64,000 nucleotides of DNA from the human T2T-CHM13v2.0 reference genome, Homo sapiens: assembly GCF_009914755.1 (NCBI RefSeq), contig NC_060942.1, one strand, 5' to 3'. Position numbers and translations under genes: made by a program. Shown piece by piece: positions 1 through 14,400 of this stretch (position 1 is its first letter; each line of letters opens with the position of its first letter). Under the pieces are notes generated by a model that saw only the letters and a list, made by a program, of their open reading frames with translations, did no database searches and was not told the origin of the DNA.

Positions 1-420
1 GAGTTATATATGTTTGTTATTAGTTATGTTCTTTAAAAGTAGTGTAATAAAATAAGGTTGTATGTTTTATCTAGATTTGTAATTTTTGAACCTTTTGGTC
101 GAGTTTCATATTCCAGCTACATTATTGTAACTGATGAATATTATAACAAATTTGTGTAAAGGAAGTTAGTCACTCATAGCACAAAATATATAGGGGTTTC
201 ACCCCTTGACTCAAAAATTATTTTTCTCAATTATTTTCTCTCTTGAAGTATGCCATTTCAGTCATTATTTATAAATAATTAAGTAATTTTAATGAGGCAA
301 ATACTTTTCTTAAAATTGTTTAAACAGTATCTGGTTAATAGGTCAAAACTAGATTACCCAAGAAGGTAATAAGGATCTTAATTATAACTAGTGTTGGATT
401 GCCATTAGTTTTGATACGTA

Positions 421-1078
421 GGTCAACCAAAAGAGTCAAACTGTGTAAAATATTTGAAGAGATTTATTCTGAGCCAAATATGTGTGACCAGTGGCTTGTG
501 ACACAGCTCTCAGGAGATCCTCAGAAAATGTGCCCAAAATTGTCAGGCTAAAGTTTGGTTTTATACATTTTAGGTAGACATAAGACATCAATTAGTACAT
601 TTATGATGTACGTTGGTTCTGTCCGGAAAGGTCAGACAACTGGAAGTGAGGTCTTACAAGTCAAAAGTGGATTCAACAATTATCTGATTGACAATTGGGT
701 GAAGGAGTTATTATCTAATGCCTGGACTCAATAGAAAGGAATGCCTGGGTTATGATAAAAGGTTGTGGAGACCAGGGTTTTGTCATGTAGATGAAGCCTT
801 CAGGTTACAGGATTCAGACAGGATAGATTGTAAACATTTCTTGTAAGACTTAAAGAGTCTATCAGTCTGAAGTTCTGTGTTGATGTAAATGCTGGTCAGT
901 GGGACCTGAATTTCAAAAGGGATAAGTGTATAATGAAGCATGTCCTACTTCTGCTTCCCATCATGGCCTGAACTAGTTTTTCAGGTTAATTTTGGAATGC
1001 CCTTGGCCAAGAGGAGGATTGCATTCAAATGGTGGGGGTGGGTGGAGGGGGTGGTTAGAATTTTATTTTTGGTTTACA
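421..1078 (-). mobile_element. MER4-family ERV1 LTR (3' LTR of provirus)
   Basis: Minus strand starts TGTAAACCAAAAATAAAATTCTAA...GGCCAAGGGCATTCCAAAATTAACCTGAAAAACTAGTTCAGGCCATGATGGGAAG, a MER4-type LTR start. It is preceded by the polypurine tract GAAGGGGGAGAA and is homologous to 8002-9254. Confidence 0.88.
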
Positions 1079-3726
1079 TTCTCCCCCTTCTGGCCAAGAT
1101 TTGCAAGAGGCAGCAATGGCTATCACACTTTTATTTTGTCCCGTAGTGTTGCCAAGGTGGCATGGCTGCCTACCCTGAGTCCACCCCGTTCCTTGGTGGA
1201 ACGCCTATGACCAAACGACTTAGAGACAAAAGATTTATAGCCAATTTCAATGTTCTAGGCCAGGCAGGAATGGACATGGACAGGCATTAATTAACCCTTA
1301 AAATTTGTAAAGTAATACAAAAGCCAGCAAATATAAAGCCAATGGTGAGCTTGAAAGTTGACTTGTCTGTCTTTAATTTCTATATATTGAGCTACTGTAA
1401 TCTTGGTTTTATTTATAGACTTACAGTAATTAGCTATAAAAAACATAAGCATTGTTAAAACCTTTTAAGCTAATGAATTTGGAGACCTTCTTTGTGCCAC
1501 AATGCTTTCTGTGATCTTTTAGAACTTTGTCCTAAAGTGGCTGATTTAAAAAAAAAAATCTGTTAATATATATGTAGCTGCATAATTCTCATAACTAGGT
1601 GTATTATACATACCAGGAGGCTTTGCCATGAGGTATCTTTATATCCTCTCAGTAGTAATTTTCTTTTAAACTCTATGAGAAGCAGAAAATACTTTATGGT
1701 TGAGATTGGTGAAAAGGTGCCAGGTAATAACCCAGGAGGCAAAGTCCTTTCTTTTACTAGCTGTTTAGGCATTCTGTGTAGCATTCCTTGATTTGAAGGA
1801 TCTGAACTAATCCTATCCCTCAAAACTGGCTTTTATAATCTCACATGCCCACCTCTTCCACAATCGTCCCTAGACCTAGAGAGAGGGTGCTTGAATAGTT
1901 TTAGCAGCAGGAAATTTGCTGTGAAAAACAGATCAGGCCAGTGTGATTCTAAACGAGGAACATTCACAGGCTTTTGGCAAATCATCTCTAGTTTTCAGAA
2001 TATCATGATTCTGGTTTTCTCAGAAGTACAACTATGAGCGACAAATAACATTAATAATTTGACAAAATATGTGTGCGTCAGAGCAGAAAAAGGAACCTAT
2101 TCTATTAGGGCACCAACTACAAACACAAGGAAAAATTATAACCTCGTTCTCCTTTAGAGTATTATTGTAGCCAAGGAGTAATTCATGATTCAATCTGCAC
2201 TCAAAAATAAAAGTCAGAGCAGAAAACTAATAACAGGTGTTACAGTTTTCCTTTGAAACAATTTCTCTCACTCTAGCCTTCCTTTTTTACTAAAGGAAAT
2301 TGTAGTAAGACCAATTTGTGTGCAGAGTAAGTTTCAGGCTTATGATATTGGCCTGATTATTTACATAAAGTGCAGCAAGAAATGATTGGTCATGTAGGCT
2401 TTTTTCGAGTTGGCTTTGCTGGAACTTTACCTAAAATATATTATTCTAGTCAAAGCCTTGGTAAAATAACCAGTGTCTCCAATTGTCCTTTTTTATTTTA
2501 TTTTATTTTTTTAAAGACTCTTAATTAACTTATGCAAATAACTATATTGTCATAAGATGAGAACATTCACAAATAGTTTCCAAATTTTGGACAGCTCAGA
2601 AAGGCTCCCCAAAACATATTTTACCCAAATGCTCTAAAGTATAAATAACTCAAAAGAAAAGGATTTCCTTGACTCTTCTTTAATCACAGCAGTAGCATTC
2701 CAAAAAAGATGTTTGTTCACCTTGGAATTGCCATTCAAGAGCCAGGCAGCTCTTGTCAGGTGAGAGCTGTTTATCAGGCACAGTAGAATGTAATAGCTTC
2801 TCACATAGAGTCAGTGTTAGAGGAAGAAAAGAGGATCCTTGCTCATGAGTTTCTCTTACTTGCATCCCCAGGTAGCAAGATCCGATATAAACCGTTTTTA
2901 TTTTATCATGGAACTCTTCTGGGCACTATGATTCCTATTAGCATAGGATAGTTTCAGTTAGCATCTCATAACAAGGTGGTACATGTCCCTCAAGTGAAAA
3001 TTCTCCAGTACAAAGTCTCAGTAGTTGTCACTGGGAAGTTTTCACTGGCTTTTGCCATAAGCCCCAGTAAACACTCCACAAAGAGCTACCAAGTAGATAA
3101 TTTGTCCCAACCAGTGCTACAGCTCCTGGGCTCAGGCAGTCTTACTAGTGTCCATTCACTATGTCCAGTTAACATTTCTCAAAGGACAGATTTACATGCC
3201 TTCCGTTTCATGGTACTAGGTAGGGGAAACATTCCCTAGTCAGATATAATATCTATTTTTGTAAGACATTTAGGTAAAGGACTCATAACTACCTTACATA
3301 AAACCTGTGTAAACATCTCAAATGTCATAATCCTATCAACCTTTACATTTTTGTGTTCTAGGATTTCTCTTCTCTACCCACAAACCATTTTACCCTTTCT
3401 GGTAAAAAAAAAAAAAAAAAAAAAAAGATTCAGGTTCCCAGCAGGGGGTTGAGCCAGGGACTCACATCCTTTTGTTAATCTTGATCTTAATTTGCCTCAG
3501 CATGGCTCCCAGGCAATGTCAGCTTTCTCATTAGAGCCTTTGGCATTTGATTTTTCTCAAATTTCTCCAATATGGGGCAAATGCAGTAAACTGATGTGGG
3601 GATCTTGAATGGTAGGGAATCAGCAAAGATTCCCTTCCATCAACCCAACCTTCGATACTGTTGTAAAGACTTCTGTTTTAATCCCATCATTTATCATTCT
3701 ATTTATTTCATTTCTTACTAACCATC

Positions 3727-4107
3727 TGATAGAGCTTGGCTCTGTGTCCCCACTTAAATCTCATGCTGAATTGTAATTCCAATATTGGGGGAGGAAACTG
3801 GTGGAAGGTGATTGGATCATGGGAGCAGATTTCTCCCTCATTTTTCTTGTGATAGTGGATGACATCTCATGAGGTCTGAGGTTTAAAGGTGTGTAGCACT
3901 TCAGCTCTCTCTTTCTCTCTCCTGCTCCACCATGGTAAGATGTGCTTGCTTCCCCTTTGCCTTCTGCCATGATTTTAAGTTTCCTGAGGGCTCCCAGTTA
4001 TGTTTCCTGTTAAGCTTGTGGAACTGTGAGTCAATTACACCTCTTTCCTTCATAAATTACCCAGTCTCAGGTAGTTCTTTATAGCAGTGTGACAATGGGC
4101 TAACATA
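3727..4107 (+). mobile_element. MaLR solo LTR, MSTA-like
   Basis: TGATAGAGCTTGGCTCTGTGTCCCCAC...AAATCTCATG start and ...CATAAATTACCCAGTCTCAGGTAGTTCTTTATAGCAGTGTGA end match the MST/THE1 consensus. Confidence 0.85.
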
Positions 4108-6057
4108 CCCAGAGTCAAAGTTTTCTCATTCTCCACCTTGCTATGTTTCTCTTTATTCATTTAGTTTTATTTATATAATTTTTTTACTTATTTTAAAGGA
4201 ACTCTTAACCTCTAAGCTAGAAAAATGTTAAATTTCTTTAGGAAAAAAACTACATCCCTGTATTTTTATAAACTTCACCAAATATAGTATACTTTCTTAT
4301 TATTTCAACTCTTAGATAAATTTTAACCCAATTCCCAGTGGAAAAAAAAAACTGAGGTTACATAACATGACTTTAAGACTTTACACTACTGGAGATAAAT
4401 TTGAGATTAAATTTACCAAATTAATCTTACCAAATATTGCTAAAGTCTGATGCTAAAATCATCAGAGCTAGCTTTTACTAGCCTGAAAAGCATTTACTTT
4501 TTCTTAAGCCAGTTGATTAGAACTTTTTCATATAATTTGGTAGTGAAATATCACTTCCACATGACACATATAAATATTTAACCATAACATACAGACAGAA
4601 GCAGCTCCTATAAGATTTTGCAATTGCCTATTTTCAAAAAAATTATATCCCTTACATTAGACTATTAAAAATAATGTTACAGGAGTCAACAAAAGTTGAA
4701 GAAACAAGTTATCACAGCAAAAGGGAAGTAAATAAAGAACTGAAGTAGCAGTGTACAGCAAGAGTTGAACTTCTGAGATATTAAATTGAAAAATTTCCAA
4801 AAGAAACAGATTATACAAGTTAAAAGTTAATAACTTCTTGCATTAAGAGTAAGTCAATATTTTAATAAAATCAAGCCCAATTTCTAAGAAGACTTTTTAA
4901 AAATTATAGCCAACTTAATTATAGAACTTTTTAAAATAAATTCCTGTTTTACTTACCTCTCTACAACTTAGGGCATTCACAACTTGCCAGGACTTTCTGA
5001 TTTGTCCTAAATCCTTCTTAAATCAGTCATGTCATTTTAGGACAAAAATTTACCATACAAAATTCTCTCTCACACAAAGTCATTTTTCTTTTAACCTTTC
5101 TTACCGAAAATATCTCTGCGTATGTGTATATATATATATAACTTTCTTTATGTCTCTTATTTCCTGGTTCCTGTTACCTTGTTTTATTTATAACCTTTAA
5201 ATAACCTTTGAGTAAAACAAAATTTATTTTTATTTACATTTTAGTAAGTATATTGTTTAGGAAAATGCTTTCCTATACTATAATTTTTTAAATTGAAAAT
5301 TACCCAGACATTTGATGAATATCTATTATTCAATTTGATATAACTTTAGATTCTCAATTATGACATTTGTTTGTAAGCATTTATTTTATTACATTTACCT
5401 GATTGATATATTTATTTTTAGTATTTTGCCTAGATTACTTATGAAAACTGTGATAGTCATTATTTAAAGGTATCTTCTTGTTAACCATTTTTACAGCCTA
5501 TGAATTTCAGATGTCTACCTAGGTAAGAAACCTACGGGTAAATATTTGGAAATTTTACCAATAACTCAGGACTTAGCTGTTTTCATTAAACCAACAATAT
5601 TAAATGTCTTAACTATCAATAACTACACAAGCAAAGATGATTCTGTTTTGCACTGGGTTTATAGTTTTATAACCCTTATGCTAAATTTGACACTTTATTG
5701 TATTTGGCAAGGATAAGCAGGAAACTGCTTCATCAATAAATTGAAAAAAAATGCTGACAATTTTTAGGACACTTCTAATATTACGTTACCAATAATAATT
5801 TTAAAGCCAGCTTATTTGTTAAATATTTTACTCAAGTCACATAAACTTAAAAAGCATTTGGGCTTATTATTTACTTAATTTATGAGTACTCCTTAACTTT
5901 AAGCCAATTTGGTACCTTGTGGCCATAATACATAACAAAGCATATGTACATACACTTACACAGTTATGCGTACTCATACAAATATCCTATAGCTTTTACT
6001 TCAGAACTCTAGTCATGAGATATTAATACAAACTCACCAGTTTATAAAAAAAAATAA

Positions 6058-6738
<681 letters not shown>

Positions 6739-6799
6739 CAAACAGTGGTTTTTATCTCAGTGTAAAGGTAACAGCCAATTTAAAGAAGGCAGAAAAAAT

Positions 6800-6892
6800 A
6801 AGGAAAGAGGAAGGAAGGAAGGAAGAAAGGAAGGAAGGAAGAGAGGGAGGGAGGGAGGGAGGGAGGCAGGGAGGGAGGAAGGAAAGAAAGAA
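6800..6892 (+). repeat. GA-rich simple repeat (GGAA/GGGA)n
   Basis: Direct reading: aaggaaggaaggaag...gggagggaggga. Confidence 0.9.
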
Positions 6893-7977
6893 ACTTAGGA
6901 GCTCTGCAGTTGTAGGTCCACCTTTGGGTTCTGAATTTTTCTCTGATATAATTCGCCCAGCAGTTTAAAATGTGTATGATAGGCCATAATATGCAACCAG
7001 CAGGAGTACTAAGAAGACTGGCATGCTCTTGAACTTTTCTATTTATATTAGCACTTGCACATAGAGGCACCTTAAAACCAATGGGATGCCCAAATGTGGG
7101 TCATTATCTTTGTTGTTCCTCATTCTTAGATTATTTGACTCCAACTTTTTTTTTTTTCTTAAGAGGAACTGAATTGTGCCCTCGGGTTTTTTGCATGTGG
7201 TGGATGGATGTGTGCTGAGTGTGGGCAGGACTCCACAGTGTGTGAGCACTGAGTTATTTACACCCTCTTAATGTCTCAGTTTCTCTCTCAGAAGTCCATC
7301 ACCTCTGAGAGGGCTCAAAACACTGAGTGAACAGCTCTTACATGCATTTCCTGGATGAACCATCTTAAACTCGTTTTGTTGTGGGGTGTTCCTTGTAGGA
7401 TTGCTGCAAATTGCGGAGGTCAACCCTCCAGACTCTCCCACTTGGCCCTATGGTCACCCAGAGGCACCTTTCTGCTGACAGGAGCTAAATGCCCTTTCTT
7501 TTCAGAACTAAGGAGCTCCCTCCAACACACATCTATGAAAGTGACAGTTCAGTTCCTCACAGAGATGCACAGACAGGGCAACCCAGCTTAATTTTGGGAG
7601 AAAAAGCAATGGAGAAGACTCCTTAGAATGCACCCCCGAACATGAAACCAAATGAGGTGCCCAAAGGGGGGTAATTCCCCTTGTTTTTAGAAAAAGGCAA
7701 CGAAGAAGACCCTTTAGAATACACCTCCAAACTAGGATTAGGATCCCAACAACCAAACTAGAAATAGTATCCTAAACAACAACTTCCTAGGAGGAAAAAT
7801 AAAACCAGCTCAGAATAAATCAAGGACCATCAACCAAATGGGAGGTCTGGGGCTCAGGCAGATTTGCCATTTCCACCAATGAAGAAGCTTGACACTGGGG
7901 AGGCTTTTAATGGGCACCGGCTTTTAACTTAGCTCTGAGTTTGGGCAACTTCTTCAGGGTCCCAAATCTTCTCTGAC

Positions 7978-7997
7978 GCCCCATATTGGGTGCTGAA
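7978..7997 (-). other. Degenerate primer binding site, tRNA-Lys-like
   Basis: Minus strand reads TCAGCACCCAATATGGGGC just 3' of the 5' LTR, versus the Lys1,2 PBS TGGCGCCCAACGTGGGGC. Most differences fit CpG decay. Confidence 0.55.
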
Positions 7998-8001
7998 TTA
8001 T

Positions 8002-9254
8002 TGCCAATGGAAAGAGTCAAGCTCTGTAAAATATTTGAAGAGATTTATTCTGAGCCAAATGTGAGTGAGCAATGGCCCATGACACAGCCCTCAGGAGAGC
8101 CTCAGAACATTTGCCCAAGGTGGTCAGGCTACAACTTGGTTTTATACATATTAAGTATACATACAGTATCAATCAATACACCTAAGATGTACGTTGGTTT
8201 GGTCCATAAAGGTGGGACAATTGGAAGTGGAGGGCTTCCAGGTTATAAGCAGTTCAAAGATTTTCTGACTGGCAATCGGCTGAAAGAGTTATTATCTAAA
8301 GACCTGGAATCCATAGAAAAGAATGTCTGGGTTATGATAAGGGTTTGTGAAGACCAAGGTTTTATCATGCCGATGAAGCCTCCAGGTAGCAGGGTTCAGA
8401 CAGTATAGATTGTAAATATTTCTTATAAGACTTAAAGGTCGGCCAGCCGCCCCGTCTGGGAAGTGAGGAGCCCCTCTGCCCGGCCACCACCCCGTCTGGG
8501 AGGTGTACCCAACAGCTCATTGAGAACGGGCCATGATGACAATGGCGGTTTTGTCGAATAGAAAAGGGGGAAATGTGGGGAAAAGAAGGAGAGATCAGAT
8601 TGTTACTGTGTCTGTGTAGAAAGAAGTAGACATAGGAGACTCCATTTTGTTCTGGACTAAGAAAAATTCTTCTGCCTTGGGATGCTATTAATCTATAACC
8701 TTACCCCCAACCCTGTGCTCTCTGAAAAATGTGCTGTGTCAACTCAGGGTTAAATGCATTAAGGGCGGTGCAAGATGTGCTTTGTTAAACAGATGCTTGA
8801 AGGCAGCATGCTCATTAAGAGTCATAACCACTCCCTAATCTCAAGTACCCAGGGACACAAACACTGCGGGAGGCGGCAGGGCCCTCTGCCTAGGAAAACC
8901 AGAGACCTTTGTTCACATGTTTATCTGCTGACCTTCCCTCCACTATTGTCCTATGACCCTGCCAAATCCCCCTCTCCGAGAAACACCCAAGAATGATCAA
9001 TAAATACTAAAAAAATTTAAAAAAAAAAAAGAAAAAAGACTTAAAGGTCCATCAGTCTTAAGGTCTGTGCTGATGTGAATGCTGGTCATGGGGCCTGAAT
9101 TTCAAAAGGGAGAAGCGTATGATGAGGCACGTCTGACTCCCTCTTCCCATCATGGCCTGAACTAGTTTTTCTGGTTAACTGGGAAATGCCCTTGGAAAAG
9201 AGGAGGGGCCCATTTAGTTGGTTGGGGAGCTTAGAAAATTATTTTTGATTTACA
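8002..9254 (-). mobile_element. MER4-family ERV1 LTR (5' LTR), split by an SVA
   Basis: Colinear with 421-1078 (AAAGAGTCAA.CT.TGTAAAATATTTGAAGAGATTTATTCTGAGCCAAAT ... TTTACA) once 8441-9049 is removed. Confidence 0.88.
8441..9035 (+). mobile_element. 5'-truncated SVA (end of VNTR + SINE-R + poly(A)), older A/B/C-like type
   Basis: VNTR units CCCCGTCTGGGAAGTGAGGAGCCCCTCTGCCCGGCC, SINE-R CCCAACAGCTCATTGAGAACGGGCCATGATGAC, AATAAA and A tail. TSD AAGACTTAAAGGTC at 8427-8440 and 9036-9049. Confidence 0.95.
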
Positions 9255-10161
9255 AATTCATTTATTGCTTTGTATATAAATTTACAAAATAATTTAAAAA
9301 ATTATCTCTATTATTCTGTCAATGTATTTGTTTTAAACATGTGTTGGAATTGGGTATTATTGTAAAATATCTGGTTTCTCCTGAATTATAACATTTTATT
9401 GACAGGCTTGTTTCTTAAATCACATATCCCTGTCATTGCAGATGAAGCGTATCGTCTTCACATCCTCACTATTTTTAAATTATATGCTGTTGCTTATATA
9501 GTTGATAATTGCCTCAGCTCCATCATCTGCTATGTATGAATTCAAAATTAATGCATAATTTGTATGAAAATAAAATAACTATTATCAAAATTTATAAGTA
9601 ATGTGTATGCAGAAGTATTACTGTTACTGTGTGTGTGTGAGAGAGAGGGAAAGAAAATGCTGTAGAGTTACTCACAATGGGGATTCAACCTAGCCTAATT
9701 TTTGCCTTACAAGTATGATTTTTTTTGGTTGTTCTTATCTTCCCTTGAAAGTAGCTAAGCTGCAGATTTTTATATCTCACTGCTACTTTGATGTACTCAC
9801 TTTACATTCTCTAGGGGAGGCATTCCAAATATTTAACATGGCAAGGGTTCTGACCAGTGAGAGGAGACACTAGCTGAAAGCAATCACAGTGATCAAACAA
9901 TGGAACATCAGCCTTGGAGGTGTGAAAAGAACTCCCTCTGTATATATGTAAGAGATGGTGATTGTATCCTGGCCAGCTCCACTGTCACAGACTGGTATGA
10001 CACTCTCCCATCTGCTGTCAACATTGATTGCTAATGGCTCACACAGCAATCTCCTTCCTTACAGAATTGTCCTCTGCTAATGGAAAACCCCTCCTTTACT
10101 GGAAAGCTTTTAATTATTATTTCTATTTTTCTGGTACATTTAATGTTTTTCATATTATCTA

Positions 10162-11450
10162 TTATGTTGGTGCAAAAGTAATTGTGGTTTCAGACCATGA
10201 ATTTTAATTCATTATAACTAGGCTTAAACACACCTTTATTAATCAAAATAGGAACCATTACAATTAACACATTTTTTGCCAATGAGAAATAAGTTTGTTT
10301 ATTCCTGTAGCATAAAAATCTGTGCTTTGGGATTAGATGAACTCTTGGAAAGGATTTTCTGCATCCTGCTGGTTGTGGAAGTGTTTTCCCTGCAAAAAGT
10401 TATTGAGATGCTTGAAGAAGTGGTAGTCAGTTGGCAAGAGGTCAGGTGAATATGGCGGGTGAGACAAAACTTCCTAGTCCAATTTGTTCAACTTTTGAAG
10501 TGTTGGTTGTGCAACACGTGGTCGGGAGTTGTCATGGAGAAGAATTGAGCCCTTTCTGTTGACCAATGCCAGCTGCCGGTGATGCAGTTTTCAGTGTGTC
10601 TCATTGATTTGCTGAGCATACTTGTCAGATGTAATGGTTTCGCCATGATTCAGAAAGCTATCGTGGATCAGACCAGCAGCAGACCACCAGTGACCGTGAC
10701 CTTTTTTGCTGTAAGTTTGGCTTTGGGAAATGCTTTGGAGTTTCTTCTTGGGACAACCATTGAGCTGGTAATCACCGGTTGTCATATAAAGTCCACTTTT
10801 TATCACACATCACAATCGTATCAAGAAATGGTTTGTTATTGTGTAGAATAAGAGAAGACACTTCAAAATGAAGATTTTATTTTATTTTATTTTATTTTTG
10901 CTCAACTCATGTGGTACTCACTTATCAGACTTTTTCACCTTTCCAATTTGTTCCAAATGCCGAATGACTGTAGAATGGTCAACGTTGAGTTCTTCGGAAA
11001 CTTCTCATATAGTTGTGAGAGGATCGGCTTCAATGATTGCTCCCAGTTGGTTGTTGTCAAGTTCCTATGACCCGCCACGATGTTCCTCATCTTCAAGGCT
11101 CTCATCTCCTTGGCAAAACTTCTCGAACCACCTCTGCACTGTACGCTCATTAGCAGTTCCTGGGCCAAGCGTGTTGTTCATGTTGCAAGTTCTCTCCACT
11201 GCTTTACAACCCATTTTGAACTCTCATAGGAAAATTGATCAAATTTGTTTTTTGTCTAACACGATTTCCATAGTCTAAAATAAACATAAAATAAATAGCA
11301 GGTAATAAGTAATTAGCCAAAAAACATAAAGCAATAAATGCCCACTTAAATGATGTTTAACATAACCACATTTATTTAGGAATGTATTCCAATATCAAAT
11401 GACAAATTCCAACAACGGAAAAAACTACAATTACTTTTGTACCATCCTAA
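10162..11450 (-). mobile_element. Full-length Hsmar1 mariner DNA transposon
   Basis: TIRs TTATGTTGGTGCAAAAGTAATTGTGGTTT and AAAACTACAATTACTTTTGTACCATCCTAA, TA dinucleotide on both sides, length ~1.29 kb. Confidence 0.95.
10239..11271 (-). pseudogene. Hsmar1 transposase pseudogene (stops and frameshifts)
   Basis: Manual translation gives MEIVLDKKQI*SIFL*EFKMGCKAVERTCNMNNTLGPGTANERTVQRWFEKF. The ORF-track piece WWSAAGLIHDSFLNHGETITSDKYAQQINETH and the C-terminus NGSYFD* also match Hsmar1/SETMAR transposase. Confidence 0.93.
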
Positions 11451-11452
11451 TA

Positions 11453-14400
11453 GTTTTCCTTCTATGGGTTTTGGTAGTTTGCATCTTTTAAGAAATTGGT
11501 CCATTTTCATCTAAGTATCAAGTGTAGACATAGTTTTTTGTAGTATTCCTTTAATCTTTTAATGTTGGTGCAGTAAGTATTGATGACTTTTCTTTCATTT
11601 ATGATTTTGGTACTTTTGTTTCCTTGACTGTTCTGCTCAGAGTTTAATCAATTTCATTGATATATTAAAATCAGTTTCATGTAATTGATTTGCTCTATTG
11701 TTCTGTTTTTCATATCAGGAATCCCCAACCCCCAGGCCCCCTACCACGCAACAGGGGCTGAGTGAGCATTACCGCCTGATCTCCTTCTCCTGTCAGATCA
11801 GTCATGTAGCATTAGATTCTCATAGGAGCCTGAACTCTATTGTGAACTGCGCATGTGAGGGATCTAGGTTGCACGCTCCTTATGAGAATCTAACTAATGC
11901 CTGATGATCTGAGGTGGAACAGTTTCATCCTGAAACCATCCTCCCAACCCCCAACCATCTGTGGAAAAATTGTCTTCTGTGAAACCAGTCCCTGTTGCCA
12001 AAAAGTTTGAGGACTGCTGTTCTGTACCACTGATATCTGCTCTAACATTTGTTGTTTCTTTTTTTCCTGCTTGCTTTAGGTGTTATTTGCTTTTTTCTAG
12101 TTTTGTAAGATGGGATCTTAGGGTACAGCTTTTAATTGATTCTTCTCTATCTATGAATTTAGCACCTTTTTTTTATAAACACTGCTTTATCTCAGCATCC
12201 CACAATTTTTCATAAATTTTATTTTAATTTAGTTTACTTTTTAGAACTTTTGCTTCCAACCATATTTATGTGAAAGTATATCATTTAATCTCCAAATATT
12301 TGGAGGATGCATTTCAGCCATCTTTCCTTATTGATTTCTAGAATAATTACACAGTGGCCTGAGAACATATATTGTATAACTTAAAAAAAAAATCATGAGA
12401 CTGTATTTTGTGGCATAGAATATGATCTATCCCAGTGAATGTTTTATGTGTGCTTAAGAACGATGTGTTTTATGCAGTTGTTAGATGGAGCATCTTATAA
12501 ATGTCAATAGATCAAGTTTCTCCATAGTGTTTTTCAGGTAAAATGTACCTTTACTGATTTTCTGCCTGTGTGATCTGCCAGTTACTGACAAAGGGGTATT
12601 GAAGTCTCTAACTAAAGTAGTGGATGTCTATTTTTCTTTTCATTTTATATATTTTGCATCATGCATTTTGACACTCTTTTTTTAGGTGCATTACCACTTA
12701 TATTGTTTTGTCTTTTTGGAAAATTGACCCTTTCATCATTATATAATTCTCCTCATTATCACTGATGATTCTTTTTGTTCTGAAGGTAGCTTTGTCTAAA
12801 ATCAATATAGCTACCCCAGATTTCTTTTGATTCATGTTAGTATAGCATGTCTTTTACCTTGACGTTGCCTTTTTAGCATATTTTTATCAATGAAAAATTT
12901 ACATAGAAGTTATTATTTTAACCAGTTTAATATATAAAATTCAGTGGCATTTGTTACATTCACCACCAGACTTAGTATAATATTTTAAAGATTTATCCAT
13001 GTTTTTGCAAGTATCAGTATGTACTTCATTCCTTTTTATGGCCAAATAATATTCTACTGTATATCTATAGAACATTAGGTTTCTTCATCATTTGATGGAT
13101 ATTTTTATTGTTTTCATTTTTGGCTATTGAGATTAGTGTTGATATGAGCATTCATGTACAAGTTTTTGTGTGAATGTTCATTTTAAATTCTTTATGCCTA
13201 GATCTGGGAGTGGAATTGCCCAGTTATATGGTAATTCTATGTTCTAATATTTGAGGAACTATCGAACTTTTTTCACAATGATGAAACCATTTCACATTTT
13301 CACGAGAAATGTGTGTGTTCCAATTTCACTGCAGCCTCACAAACACTTATTTTCTGTTTATTATTATTATTATTAAAATTAATATTATTACAACTTTCCT
13401 ATTGGACATGAAGTTGTCCTATTGGACATGGATTTGCTATTTATTGCCCTGAGAACTAATCAAACAGCATTTTTTTCATGTGCTTGTTGGATTTGTATAT
13501 CTTTTCTGAAGAAATTTCTACCCCAACTCTGCCCATTTCATAATTGGGTTCTTTGTCTTTTAGGTGTTGAGTTATAGGTTTTATGTATTCTCAACACTAA
13601 AATATTATCCGGTATGTAATTTTCAAATATTCTTACAGTTTTGATCTTTCTTCATCCAAGTTCTCATATGTTGTTTACCTTTTTTATTAGAATACCTAAT
13701 GTATTATAAATAGCTGTTATAAATTTTCTGTCCAATAATTTTAACATCTGTGTCATATCTGAGTCTGGCTGTGATTCTTACTTTCTATCCTCTTAACTAT
13801 AATCATTTTTTTTCTTTTTGCCTTTTGTTGTGCATTGTGATTTGCCAGGACGAGGCATACAGGTTGTCCTGCTGTAATTTATTGTCCTGCTGATAAATTA
13901 CAGCAGGAGAATCTGTATCAGCTAATAGAAACTGAGGAAATAAGACTTTATTGTGAGATTTAGAAGTTGGTTTGTGTTTAATGTTTATTGTAGGTATGGG
14001 TATCAGAGTCTCTAAGATCTAATGTTCAGTTTTGTTTTGTTTTTTCAACTTTCTTGAGTCTTTCCTATAAACTGCTTCTAGAAGTATCAGCACTCTTTCT
14101 AGTCAAATCCACTGTTATTAAACTGGAACCCTGTTGTTGTGGTGATAAAGTGTGGGGGAGGAGAGTGTTCTCGAATATTCTGATTAACTCTCCATCTTTT
14201 GGTGGTCCTCAGTCCTAGGGACTTTACCAGATTTTCTGTCCCTACTTCACTTACATAGTGTGTGTCCCTTGCCTCCTACTCTTTTAGCCTGGCACAGTGT
14301 CTCCAATACCTTTTTTAGAGCCCTATCCTCTGTTAAATATTTTTCTCCCACTCACAGGAGACAGGAACTCTAGAAGGGGCTGGAGTGGGAAGAAATCTCT

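Noticed and set aside
7986-8408. 140-aa ORF
   Set aside because: Lies antisense within the MER4 LTR, has a non-ATG start and resembles no protein; the paralogous LTR has no equivalent ORF.
8775-8996. 73-aa ORF MCFVKQMLEGS...
   Set aside because: Translation of SVA SINE-R sequence, not a gene.
10868-11278. 136-aa plus-strand ORF
   Set aside because: Antisense shadow of the Hsmar1 transposase pseudogene.
13391-13430. TCCTATTGGACATG duplicated around AAGTTG
   Set aside because: 14-bp local slippage inside an old L1; too small to interpret.
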